Assembly: GCA_002269645.1 (NCBI GenBank)
Contig: NIVC01000031.1
Location: 806,001 to 870,000, forward strand
Length of the DNA stretch: 64,000 nt
DNA from: Macrostomum lignano
Lineage: Eukaryota
Direction of reading: 5' to 3'
The position numbers and the translations under genes are program-made. The first letter of the stretch is position 1. Every line of letters starts with the position of its first letter. A model generated the notes under the pieces. That model worked only from the letters and a program-made list of their open reading frames with translations. It did not search any database and was not told where the DNA came from. Shown here one piece after another: positions 12,158 to 23,874 of the stretch.

Positions 12158-12890
12158 GTGATTATCCCATCTGATAATGTGATTATCCCATCTGATAATG
12201 TGATTATCCCATCTGATAATGTGATTATCCCATCTGATAATGTGATTATCCAACCTGATAATGTGATTATCCCATCTGAGGATGTGATTGTTCTATCTGA
12301 GGATGTGATTGTCCCACCAAATGATCTGGTGGAGGTTATGATTATCCCACCTGAGGATTTGGGGGAGGTTATGATTATCCCACCTGGAAATCTCGGAAGG
12401 ATTATCCCACCTGAGGATCTGAGAATGATTATCCTACCTGAGGATCTCTGAAGGATTATCCCGTCTGAGGATCTGGAAGGATTGTCCCACATGAGGATCT
12501 GGGAATGATTATCCTACCTTAGGATCTCTGAAGGATTATCCCACCTGAGGATCTGGGAAGGGTTATCCCACCTGAAGATATGGGAAAGATTATCCCACCT
12601 GAGGATCTGGAAGGATTATCCCACCTGAGGATCTGGGAAGGATTTCCCACCTGAGGATCTGGGAAGGATTATCCCACCTGAGGATCTGGGAATGATTATC
12701 CTACCTGAGGATCTGGGAAGGATTATCCCACCTGAGGATCTGGAAGGATTATCCCACCTGAGGATCTGGGAAGGATTATCCCACCTGAGGATCTGGGAGA
12801 TGAGATTATCCCACCTGAGGATCTGGGAAGGATTATCCCACCTGAGGATCTGGGAGAAGATGAGATTATCCCATCTTAGGATGGGATTAT
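12158..12890. repeat. ~18-24-bp minisatellite (GATTATCCCACCTGAGGATCTGGGAAG) downstream of V-ATPase D
   Basis: Direct inspection. Source of spurious ORFs 11971-12492, 12158-12451 and 12692-12922. Confidence 0.92.
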
Positions 12891-13431
12891 CCGAACTGAG
12901 GAACTACTGGGTGAAGATTTGATTATCACTAATAAACCAAGGATTACACTCAGCAACTTGTTAAAATTTCAACTGTTCTCAGAGTTCAGTAATCAGTCAC
13001 AAGTGTGACGCGATTCACACAACAGCCCCGCGGTTCTCGTCTCAACTGCAGGTGATGCCATGTGGGTTAGTGAGGAGAGTGGAGAGTTATGGCTAAAGTT
13101 GGATTAAATCTGCCACTCTTGCAATTCTCATAAACTGGTTTCAGGGAGGACTCTGTGACATGTTGCTGGGTGTGCATGTATATAGCGCTTCCTGCATGTA
13201 CTGTACATGTACGTCGGCTACTGGAGTGCACTGGCCGGTGCTGATGCAGATTCTTTTCTTGCCAGGTCTTCGCGACCACGTCCTGCAGCTCTCAAGAGAC
13301 ACTGCATGAGACCCTGAACAACCAACAGCGTTCCGGCGGATTCTCAGTTCCTTGAGCATATTCGCCCTCTCGGTTGCAATTTAGTATCGAGAAAATTTCC
13401 AACGTGAATCGCTCGTTAAGTACTTGGAGAT

Positions 13432-15271
13432 GGGGCATTTCTATATTTTGGTTTTCGGAGTTGTGATATTTCGGGTTTGTGAAATTTCGGGTCTCCGATA
13501 TTTTCAGGTTTATGACATTGCGTGCTTGTGATAGTTCGGAGTTGTGATATTTTGTGTTTGTGATATTTCGGGTGATCTTTCGGGTTTGTGATGTTTCGGA
13601 GTTGTGATATTTCGGGTTTGTGACAGTTCGAAGTTGTGATATTTCGGAGTTGTGATATTTCGGGTTTTTTGACTGTTTGAAGTTGTGATATTTCAGAGTT
13701 GTGATATTTCGGGTTTGTGACAGTTCGAAGTTGTGATATTTCGGAGTTGTGATATTTCGGGTTTTTTGACTGTTTGAAGTTGTGATATTTCGGAGTTGTG
13801 ATATTTCGGGTTTTTTGACTGTTTGAAGTTGTGATATTTCAGAGTTGTGATATTTCGGGTTTGTGATATTTCGGAATTGTGATATTTCGGGTTTGTGACA
13901 GTTCGAAGTTGTGATATTTCGGAGTTGTGATATTTCGGGTTTGTGACAGTTCGTAGTTGTGATATTTCGGAGTTGTGATATTTCGTGTTTGTGATATGAA
14001 CTTAAAGCTCTGAACTTAAAATGTTAGAAATTTAATTCGTTTTGTTATCAATTTATGCATTATTACTGGATAAGGCAAAATTGTATCCAAGGGATCATCA
14101 CAATGTCAAAGAGAATTAAATTTACACGCAAGTCTATAGGTCTTTTAGAGTAAAGGGTCCATGCTATTTACACATACGCTCCGACATTTATGGAGTCTAG
14201 AGTGAAATTGTGTATTTGCAGGGCTCAAATATGGTGCGAGACACTTTACAGCTGTACAGTAATGCAGTTCTATTGAGCACTACATGCTGTGCTCAGCTGT
14301 ACATTGACTGCAGACACCACTGGCAACTCGAGTTTGCATGCGCACACGCTCACAAAAACCAACTCAAAACTATCTCCGTGTGTGTGTTTGTGTTTATCTT
14401 CTCAAAGCTGCACTGCAGGCGCACGAGGTGAGTTGAAAACGTGCTCACATCTGTAATTTTATGACTGGAGTCTCTCCGCTCACTCGGACAACTCGCAGTA
14501 GAACAGGCTCCGCCGTGCCAAGATAGACAATTATTTGCTGCTCTTGCGGTCAGGGACGCTTAAACTTAGACACCTGGACTGGGACTGGTATATCTGAGCT
14601 AATTTTAGTAGTTTGCTAAAACTTTATGCCGATATACCATTCTCAAACTCTAAACGAAAAAAGTTATAATCACGTGTTTTGTATTAACTGCAGTGCCGGG
14701 TCGCTATCAAAAACCCGAAAAATCACAACTCCGAAAGCACTTCCCATCATAAACCCGAAATATCATAAACCTGAAATATCACAAACCCGAAATATCATAA
14801 CTCCGGAAAACCAAATAGCAACGCCCATCATAAACCCGAAATATCAGAAACCCGAAAAATCATAAACCCGAAATATCATAAACCCGAAATATCATAAACC
14901 CGAAATATCACAAACCCGAAATATCACAAACCCGAAATATCATAAACCCGAAAAATCATAAACCCGAAATATCATAAACCCGAAAAATCATAAACCCGAA
15001 TATAACAAACCCGAAATTGATACCAACACACATCATAAACCCGAAAAATCACAACTCCGAAAAAAAAATGTAATGCGCATCATAAACCCGAAAAATCAAA
15101 ACTCCAAAAGCACTTCCCATCATAAACCCGAAATATCAGAAACCTGAAAAATCACAAACCCGAAATATCATAACTCCGAAAACCAAAATAGTTCGGGTTT
15201 GATATTTCGGGTTTATGATATTTCGGATTTATGATGGGAAACGCTTTTCGGAGTTGTGATTTTTCGGGTTT
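13432..15271. mobile_element. Foldback-like structure: inverted arrays of a ~16-bp unit (GTTGTGATATTTCGGG / CCCGAAATATCATAAA) around a ~700-bp unique spacer
   Basis: Left arm ~13455-13995, inverted right arm ~14712-15180, short third arm 15191-15267 in left orientation. Outer ends GGGGCAT (13432) and ATGCCCC (15265) are complementary. No TSD or transposase found. Confidence 0.55.
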
Positions 15272-15782
15272 GTGATGCCCCCCCTGCAGTGCCATGTACG
15301 CCGGAAATTTGATTTGAGACGCGCATTGAGCGCCCATATTTAGTATCTAAGCGGGCGAAGCTTATCTCTTGGTGTCTCTTGGTTGACGCTCTTTGTAACA
15401 ACTACACAGTAAAGCATTCGATTTAAGTATTACCTGTCTATTTAAGGTAAAGATGATTTTAATTTTGTAGAAAAAATTGAAATGTAAATCAGATCAGCTC
15501 AATTTCCAGTCCAGACTCTAACATCAGGAATCCCTGGCCAGCGAATTGCTCAACACTGGCCTGTCTTTCCTTTCCTTTCATTTCTCTCTTATCTCAGCCA
15601 ACCCTCTTTAATTAGGCAGCCACTGCACAAACTGCAGCGGCTTTTGCGGCAACACCGGAAAGAGAGGTCCATGAGGCCGCTCTGCCTGTGTGCGTATTTA
15701 AGGGAGAGATTGAAGCGAGTTTACTCAACCAGCTCCACCCCTCTAATAAGTTTCTGAGCAACTCTGTCAATCACTAACAACC

Positions 15783-16276
15783 ATGTCGACTGGCAACGAC
15801 ATCGAGCGCCGACAAAAATTTCTCGACGACTTGGTGGCGGCGGTACGAGATGGCTCGGCCAAGGAGAACGCCGCCGATCCGGAGAGCTCCGAGAAGTCCT
15901 CGGCGGAACTGGCTCGCTACGCCCTGCTTCGGGTGCAGCTGGCTCGGTCCGAGGCTCGACTCAAATCTGGCGAACTCAAACCGAAGAAGCCAGCGTCGAA
16001 AAGTTATTTTAACCTGAGAAGCCTGCTGGGCTTGGACGCGATTTCTGGCTGGTATCTCCTGGCCTTCTTCACCATCTGCCTGCTGGTGCACGGCCACCGC
16101 AACGACTACTTCAGCGTGACCGACTTCGTGTCCGACACTCTGAACCAGCGCTGCCTCCTGTCTGCTGAGGACTTCATCATGGAGATGTCGAGGGCCCCGG
16201 TGAACTGCGGCATGTGCAAAGATATGAGAGAGATGCCAGTGGAGTACAATATGACTAGAGAGCTGTTCTTGAAGAA
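15783..16276 (+). CDS. Membrane-anchored JmjC/cupin-like (JMJD8-related invertebrate family) protein, exon 1
   Basis: ATG in AACCATG context. Hydrophobic segment [16 protein letters not shown] and CxxC (NCGMC). GTGAGT donor at 16277, phase 2. Confidence 0.85.
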
Positions 16277-16290
16277 GTGAGTAGCTCTGC

Positions 16291-16746
<456 letters not shown>

Positions 16747-16770
16747 TATCACTCTATCATCTTCCCGCAG

Positions 16771-17137
16771 ATACGCCTACACGGCCCGTCCTGTCCTCAT
16801 CAAAAACGTGGTCAAAGACTGGCGCGCCCTGCAGAACTTCAGCCTGGACTTCTTCAAGAACCTGTACGACTCGAAGCCGGACTCGTACAAGGTCCAGGAC
16901 GACGCGGGCCAGTTCTTCGCCTACAAAACCGAGTTCGGCACTCTGCGCGAGGCGCTGCACATGAGCGAGGAGCGCCGCCAGAAGGACTGGTACTTCGGCT
17001 GGAGCAACGCCGACGAAGAGATCGGGCAGAAGCTGCGGCAGTATTACAGCCGGCCGGACTTCCTGCCTGAGGATGCTGAGTCCAGCCGCATCGATTGGAT
17101 GTTCATGGGCATCTCCAGGAAGGGCGCCCAGCTGCAC
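16771..17137 (+). CDS. JmjC/cupin-like protein, exon 2
   Basis: CCCGCAG acceptor. [18 protein letters not shown]...WYFGWSN...YSRPDFLP...DWMFMG...GAQLH. GTGGGT donor. Confidence 0.9.
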
Positions 17138-17195
17138 GTGGGTGTTGAACATGTTTTAGTTTGAGTTTTGATGAAGTCAAATGTGAACTCTACTT

Positions 17196-18245
17196 AGTCT
17201 CTGTAGCCACAGCCCCAGTCTCTGTAGCCACAGCCCCAGTCTCTGTAGCCACAGCCCCAGTCTCTGTAGCCACAACCCCAGTCTCTGTAGCCACAGCCCC
17301 AGTCTCTGTAGCCACAACCCCAGTCTCTGTAGGCACAACCCCAGTCTCTGTAGCCACAACCCCTGTCTCTGTAGCCACAACCCCAGTCTCTGTAGCCACA
17401 ACCCCAGTCTCTGTAGGCACAACCCCAGTCTCTGTAACCACAACCCCAGTCTCTGTAGCCACAACCCCAGTCTCTGTAGCCACAACCCCAGTCTCTGTAG
17501 GCACAACCCCAGTCTCTGTAGGCACAACCCCAGTCTCTGTAGGCACAACCCCAGTCTCTGTAGCCACAACCCCAGTCTCTGTAGGCACAACCCCAGTCTC
17601 TGTAGCCACAACCCCAGTCTCTGTAGGCACAACCCCAGTCTCTGTAGCCACAACCCCAGTCTCTGTAGGCACAACCCCAGTCTCTGTAGCCACAACCCCA
17701 GTCTCTGTAGCCACAACCCCAGTCTCTGTAGCCACAACCCCAGTCTCTGTAGCCACAGCCCCAGTCTCTGTAGCCACAACCCCAGTCTCTGTAGCCACAA
17801 CCCCAGTCTCTGTAGCCACAACCCCTGTCTCTGTAGCCACAACCCCTGTCTCTGTAGCCACAACCCCAGTCTCTGTAACCACAACCCCAGTCTCTGTAGG
17901 CACAACCCCTGTCTCTGTAGCCACAACCCCAGTCTCTGTAGCCACAACCCCTGTCTCTGTAGCCACAACCCCAGTCTCTGTAGCCACAGCCCAGTCTCTG
18001 TAACCACAACCCCAGTCTCTGTAGGCACAACCCCTGTCTCTGTAGCCACAACCCCTGTCTCTGTAACCACAACCCCAGTCTCTGTAGCCACAACCCCTGT
18101 CTCTGTAGCCACAGCCCCAGTCTCTGTAGCCACAGCCCCAGTCTCTGTAGCCACAACCCCAGTCTCTGTAGCCACAGCCCCAGTCTCTGTAGCCACAGCC
18201 CCAGGCTCTGTAGGCACAACCCCAGTCTCTTTAGCTACAACCCTT
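17196..18245. repeat. 21-bp minisatellite (GTCTCTGTAGCCACAACCCCA), ~50 copies, JmjC-gene intron 2
   Basis: The 7-aa periodicity of the spurious ORFs (VSVATTP) confirms a 21-bp unit. Confidence 0.97.
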
Positions 18246-18312
18246 CTCCAAAAACTCTCATATTCAAAGAAAAGAACCCGCAATTTACGAACATAATCTT
18301 TAAACATTTCAG

Positions 18313-18442
18313 ATCGACTACGTGTCCCGTCCTTCGTGGCAAGCGCAGATCAGGGGTCGCAAAATCTGGGAGTTGGTGCCTTCGCCGGAGTGCGCGAGCG
18401 TCTGTCACTCCTTCAACATTACGGTGCATGCTGGAGACATAA
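18313..18442 (+). CDS. JmjC/cupin-like protein, exon 3
   Basis: TTTCAG acceptor. IDYVSRPSWQAQIRGRKIWELVPSPECASVCHSFNITVHAGDI completes the H-I-D metal motif across the intron. GTAAGC donor, phase 1. Confidence 0.9.
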
Positions 18443-18524
18443 GTAAGCGGGATTGTAATGGTTTTGAGAAATTAAAGTTATATCAGGATATAGTTAACTG
18501 ATAGAGAATCAGCTTATGAGTTGA

Positions 18525-19050
18525 ATTTTGTTGATTGATTGCTTGATTTATTGATTAACTGATTGATTCATTTAATATTTAATTTAAAAATTATTTAATG
18601 ACTTATTCCTTGATTGTTTGTTTAATTAATTGATTGATTGATTGTTTGATTGATTGTTTGATTGATTATTTTTGACTGGTTCATTGATTGATTATTTGAT
18701 TACTTTATTTATTGATTGACTGATTGCTTGATTGTTTGATTAATTGATTGATTGTTTGTTTGATTGATTGATTGATTGATTGATTGTTTGATTGATTGAT
18801 TGATTAATTGCTTGACTGTTGATTGATTGTTTGACTGGCTCCTTGCTTGATTCCTTGATTGATTGATAGACTGATTGTTTTATTGTTTGATTGATTGATT
18901 GCTTGATTGATTGATTAATTAATTGTTTGACTGTTAATTGATTGATTGTTTGACAAGCTCCTTGCTTGATTCCTTGATCGATTGATTGATTGATTGATTA
19001 ATTGATTGATTTTTTGCAGACTTATCGATTGATTTATTGTTCAATTGATT
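18525..19050. repeat. Degenerate (GATT)n microsatellite, JmjC-gene intron 3
   Basis: Direct inspection. Confidence 0.9.
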
Positions 19051-19116
19051 AATTTAAACTATTACACGTATAATTAGGTCTTACACTCATGCATATCTTA
19101 TCCCTTATATTCGCAG

Positions 19117-19202
19117 TCAACATCGACACCAACCGCTGGTACCACGCCACCTACGTATATCCGGGCGATTTCAGCGTCACAATTGGTTCCGAGTACGACT
19201 AA
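19117..19202 (+). CDS. JmjC/cupin-like protein, exon 4 (terminal)
   Basis: TTCGCAG acceptor. INIDTNRWYHATYVYPGDFSVTIGSEYD* carries the distal His. Spliced CDS is 494+367+130+86=1077 nt, 358 aa. Confidence 0.9.
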
Positions 19203-19767
19203 ACTAATGAAGCTGCACTGAGATGCTGGAATTTGAGCTAATTGCTACTACTGATAATGAAGGATTCGCATGAAAATCTCAATAAAACTACTACTATTAA
19301 ATCTACAAAAAAATTATTTACCAATTAACAGTTAATTCATTTCTCATCACAACTATTAATATAAAAAACAGCTATTAATTATTCGGTTAAAAATACACAT
19401 TCGAAATTCATAAAACTAACATTCATGTTACAAGTCAAAATTATGTTTTTCGCTACTCTTGTTTTATATTCAAACTACTCTACTTAAAGTAGAAAGTAGC
19501 GATTATCTAACATTCTATATTGCTCTCCGGTTTCTCATTGGTCAGTGGGGCGGGAAAGTCATGCTGGCCAATAAACAACGAGACTGCATGATCCCAACGA
19601 AAGGGTTAAAACTGTTTTTGTGTCCGTTTATTGAAACAGAATCAAGTGGAAAACGCCAACCGAACTAAAGGGTTCCGTGTTCTGTGTTGCTTTTATATTA
19701 TACAAGTACATTGAATTCAGCCAAGGCTCTTGTCAAGAAAGCTGGTAAGTTACATTTAAACTTAAAG

Positions 19768-20781
19768 ATAGCAGCCCAGATGCTTAGATAGCGGCTCAGA
19801 TGCTAAGATAGCGGCTCGGGTGCTTAGATAGCGGCCCAAATGCTTCGATAGCGGCTCAGATGCTAAGATAGCGGCTCGGATGCTTATATAGCGGCTCAGA
19901 TGCTTAGATAGCGGCTCGGATGCTTAGATAGCGGCTCGGATGCTTAGATAGCGGCCCAAATGCTTAGATAGCGGCTCAGATGCTTAGATAGCGGCTCGGA
20001 TGCTTAGATAGCGGCCCAAATGCTTCGAAAGCGGCTCAGATGCTTAGATAGCGGCTCGGATGCTTAGATAGCGGCTCGGATGCTTAGATAGCGGCCCAAA
20101 TGCTTCGAAAGCGGCTCAGATGCTTAGATAGCGGCTCGGATGCTTAGATAGCGGCTCGGATGCTTAGATAGCGGCCCAAATGCTTCGAAAGCGGCTCAGA
20201 TGCTTAGATAGCGGCTCGGATGCTTAGATAGCGGCTCGGATGCTTAGATAGCGGCCCAAATGCTTAGATAGCGGCTCAGATGCTTAGATAGCGGCTCGGA
20301 TGCTTAGATAGCGGCTCAGATGCTTAGATAGCGGCTCAGATGCTTAGATAGCGGCTCAGATGCTTAGATAGCGGCCAGATGCCTAGATAGCGGCTCAGAT
20401 GCTTAGATAGCGGCTCAGATGCTTAGATAGCGGCTCGGATGCTTAGATAGCGGATCAGATGCTTAGATAGCGGCTCAGATGCCTAGGTAGCGGCCCAGAT
20501 TTTTAGATAGCGGCTCAGATGCTTAGATAGCGGCCAGATGCCTAGATAGCGGCTCAGATGCTTAGATAGCGGCTCAGATGCTTAGATAGCGGCTCGGATG
20601 CTTAGATAGCGGCCCAAATGCTTCAATAGCGGCTCAGATGCTAAGATAGCGGCTTAGATGATTAGATAGCGGCTCAGATGCTTAGATAGCGGCTCAGATG
20701 CTTAGATAGCGGCTCAGATGCTAAGATAGCGGCCCAGATGCTTAGATAGCGGCTCAGATGCTTAGATAGCGGCCCAGATGC
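19768..20781. repeat. 20-bp minisatellite (GATGCTTAGATAGCGGCTCA), ~50 copies, between the JmjC gene and APCDD1
   Basis: Direct inspection. Ends about 140 nt upstream of the APCDD1 ATG. Confidence 0.97.
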
Positions 20782-20922
20782 TCAGCAGTGCATCTTATCT
20801 AGCAAGTACCTGTATATATGGAAAATTAATTCTTTCCATTCAATCCAAAGAAAACTCGAACAACTCAGCAATTAACCAGAATCAGAATCCTCACAACCTT
20901 TTTACTCAAACCCTTGGCAGCC

Positions 20923-21128
20923 ATGTTAAAAATCAGCCTTCAAATCTGTCTACTCGTGTTGTTCAGCAGTTCAAACAAAAGTTCGAGTCTACGAATAGCT
21001 AGACAAGCTGCCTCCATTGATGACGCCCAGCGTGAGGACACCTGCGATGCCCAGCTAGACAGGGTGTACAGGCGCGTTGCGAGCATTGTCATTCATCCAA
21101 ACCTGCAGGGCTACTGGGTTTCTAACAG
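20923..21128 (+). CDS. APCDD1: APCDD1-like Wnt inhibitor, exon 1 (signal peptide plus start of domain 1)
   Basis: GCCATG. MLKISLQICLLVLFSS signal-like segment, then HPNLQGYWVSN (human PPTIEGHWVST). GTGAGC donor, phase 2. Confidence 0.85.
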
Positions 21129-21154
21129 GTGAGCCTGGCTATATCTGACTGTTT

Positions 21155-21625
21155 CAGGAGGGCGCTTAATTGGGTGTGTCAGAGGCGCTTAATTAGGTGT
21201 GTCAGGAGGGCACTTAATTTGGTGTGTCAGAGGCGCTTAATTGGGTGTGTCAGAGGCGCTTAATTGGGTGTGTCAGGAGGGCGCTTAATTGGGTGTGTCA
21301 GAGGCACTTAATTAGGTGTGTCAGGACTGCTTAATTACGTGTGTCAGGGGCGCTTAATTGGGTGTGTCAGGAGGGCGCTTAATTGGGTGTGTCAGGAGGG
21401 CGCTTAATTGGGTGTGTCAGAGGCGCTTAATTAGGTGTGTCAGGACTGCTTAATTACGCGTGTCAGGGGCGCTTAATTGGGTGTGTCAGGAGGGCGCTTA
21501 ATTGGGTGTGTCAGGGGCGCTTAATTAGGTGTCACCGAGCGTTGATTAGGTGTCAGGATTGCAGGGAGTCAGATTAGTTGTCAGGGGGCGTCAGTTTTAA
21601 GTATCGGATGACAGATTAGGTGTCA
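21155..21625. repeat. 22-24-bp minisatellite (GGCGCTTAATTGGGTGTGTCAGGA), start of APCDD1 intron 1
   Basis: Direct inspection. Begins about 30 nt after the donor. Confidence 0.92.
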
Positions 21626-22204
21626 GGCGGGGGGGGGGCGATGAACCAAAGTTTAAAGTTCGAAGTTGACTCTTATCTATCGAATTCTGTTACGATCTGT
21701 GGGAAAATATTCTTTCAAGCTGATCCTTAGTCACTGCTGGCAGAATCCATGCTGAGATTGGAATCAGTTTCGGTTTGGCTGTGGGATCACAAAGAGAAAA
21801 GCTGAGTGTGAGAGAGAATAGGAGAAAACCAATTACGCACGTTATGGTTCATCAGCGGTGTTTCTAGGCTAAAATGCAACAGGAATTGTGTTCCCTCAAG
21901 CCTCCTCTTTCTTCTGCTCGCTCAGTCACAATGCTAGTTCCAATTCCTTCGTCACAGCGGGAGACTGCATGCGCGGCACTTCTTTGCTTAGCCGTTTGTT
22001 TCTAAGGGAACTAACTGTGCGCTTCAGTCTTATCTCGCTGAATCTAACAGCGCCCCAATGCTGCCGTGTGTTCTGTCTGTGTCCATGGTGCTTTGCGATG
22101 CTGTAGCATTTGGGTGAAAGTTCAATTTGCTTTTTTCTCTGTAATTTGGCTATGAGGCACGATAGAGATTGGCGTTGGGGGCGGGGGCTGATGGAAAAGA
22201 GGGG

Positions 22205-23030
22205 AGAAGAGAGATCGGAGATAAGAGATCAGTAATCAGAGATAAGAGAAGAGAGAAGAGAGAAGAGAGAAGAGAGATAGAAGGGAGAAAAGAGATACAA
22301 GAAGAGAGATCGATCAGAGATAAGAGAAGTGAGATCAGAGAGATAAGAGAAGAGAGAGATCAGAGATAAAAGAAGAGAAATCAGAGAGGTGGGAAGAGAG
22401 ATCAGAGAGGTGGGAAGAGAGATCAGAGAGGTGAGAAGAGAAGAGAGAGATCAGAGATAAAAGTAGAGAAATCAGAGGTGGGAAGAGAGATCAGAGAGGT
22501 GAGAAGAGAAGAGAGAGATCAGAGAGGTGAGAAGAGAAGAGAGAGATCAGAGATAAAAGTAGAGAAATCAGAGGTGGGAAGAGAGATCAGAGAGGTGAGA
22601 AGAGAAGAGAGAGATCAGAGAGGTGAGAAGAGAAGAGAGAGATCAGAGATAAAAGTAGAGAAATCAGAGGTGGGAAGAGAGATCAGAGAGGTGAGAAGAG
22701 AAGAGAGAGATCAGAGATAAAAGTAGAGAAATCAGAGAGGTGGGAAGAGAGATCAGAGATAAGAGAAGAGAGATCAGAGATAAGAGAAGAAAGATTAGAA
22801 AGATGAGAAGAGAGATCAGAGAGGTGAGAAGAGAGTTCAGAGAGGTGAGAAGAGAGATCAGAGAGGTGAGAAGAGAGATCAGAGGTGAGAAGAGAGATCA
22901 GAGAGGTGAGAAGAGAGATCAGAGAGGTGAGAAGAGAGATCAGAGAGATGAGAAGAGAGATCAGAGAGGTGAGAAGAGAGTTCAGAGAGGTGAGAAGAGA
23001 GATCAGAGGTGAGAAGAGAGATCAGATTGA
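22205..23030. repeat. Purine-rich repeat (GAGAGATCAGAGAGGTGAGAA variants)
   Basis: Direct inspection. Source of the Arg/Glu-rich spurious ORFs. Confidence 0.92.
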
Positions 23031-23874
23031 GGGTACAAAGAAAAACAGAAGAGAGAAATCAGCTTGCAATGTAATCCCACCAGGTCCAACTAGAAAACAC
23101 TAATCTGATTTTTTGTGTCTTCTCGACTATTCCCAGTGCTTCAGTGTTTATCTAATCTATTGTAACACTGACTAAGTCTAATAATAAGTTCGTTCCTCTT
23201 ACCCCACGCGCTCGCATATCTCTTATCGCAATAGTGCGTGTATCATCGCTGCGCTAGCATGGAAGAAAGTCGAACATTACGCCCCAGCTTTAAATGCCCG
23301 TTAGTTCTGTACCAGGTGCTTGGAAAACTTCGGCTCGCGAGGCCTTTGAAACTTGAACAATAGCAATCCCGCCCGCTCAAGGTTTGTGTCTTCCCAGCTC
23401 TCTTCTCGTCTCTTATCTCTCTTCTCTCCATCTCGTAAACAGTTCAGCTATCAATGTGCGTTCTAGTAGGAAGCCAGAACAATTATTTTGCTTATTGTTT
23501 TTCATTGTTGCTTTTTCTGTTGGAGTATCTATTGCAAAAGGCAAAGCGGATAAGTCAACTGTGTGGCTTTCCTGTGTGATTCATCACCCAATCTCTCTCT
23601 CTCTCAACACAGAGAGAGGCGATAGGATGAAGGGCTCTCTTCCATCATGCAGCATCTCTATCTCATTCATCTGCATGGTTGCGAGTTGCCCGCTAGTGCC
23701 AAATTAGCAAACTGAAGTGCTTCTTCATTTCATTTAGTCATCGTGTCAATTCGTCTTGGACAGTGTGGGCTAAAAGGTTCTCCGCGTTCTTTGATCTTAC
23801 TTACACTCGGGCCTTTTGACAGCTTGATTTAGTGCCTTCTTTTTAGCTGTTGTGCTGCCTGCACTTGAAGCAAT

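Noticed and set aside
13067-13359. Short minus-strand ORFs between V-ATPase D and the foldback array
   Set aside because: No recognisable domain or consistent splice partners; an unannotated exon cannot be fully excluded.
17161-18307. Mucin-like VSVATTP/ATETGVV and Cys-rich RDWGCGY ORFs
   Set aside because: Stop-free frames of a 21-bp intronic minisatellite that splits the H-I-D motif; open on both strands with no unique sequence.
19768-20781. Regular arrays superficially resembling CRISPR (also 26207, 31015, 62215)
   Set aside because: Head-to-tail units with no unique spacers, no cas genes, eukaryotic context.
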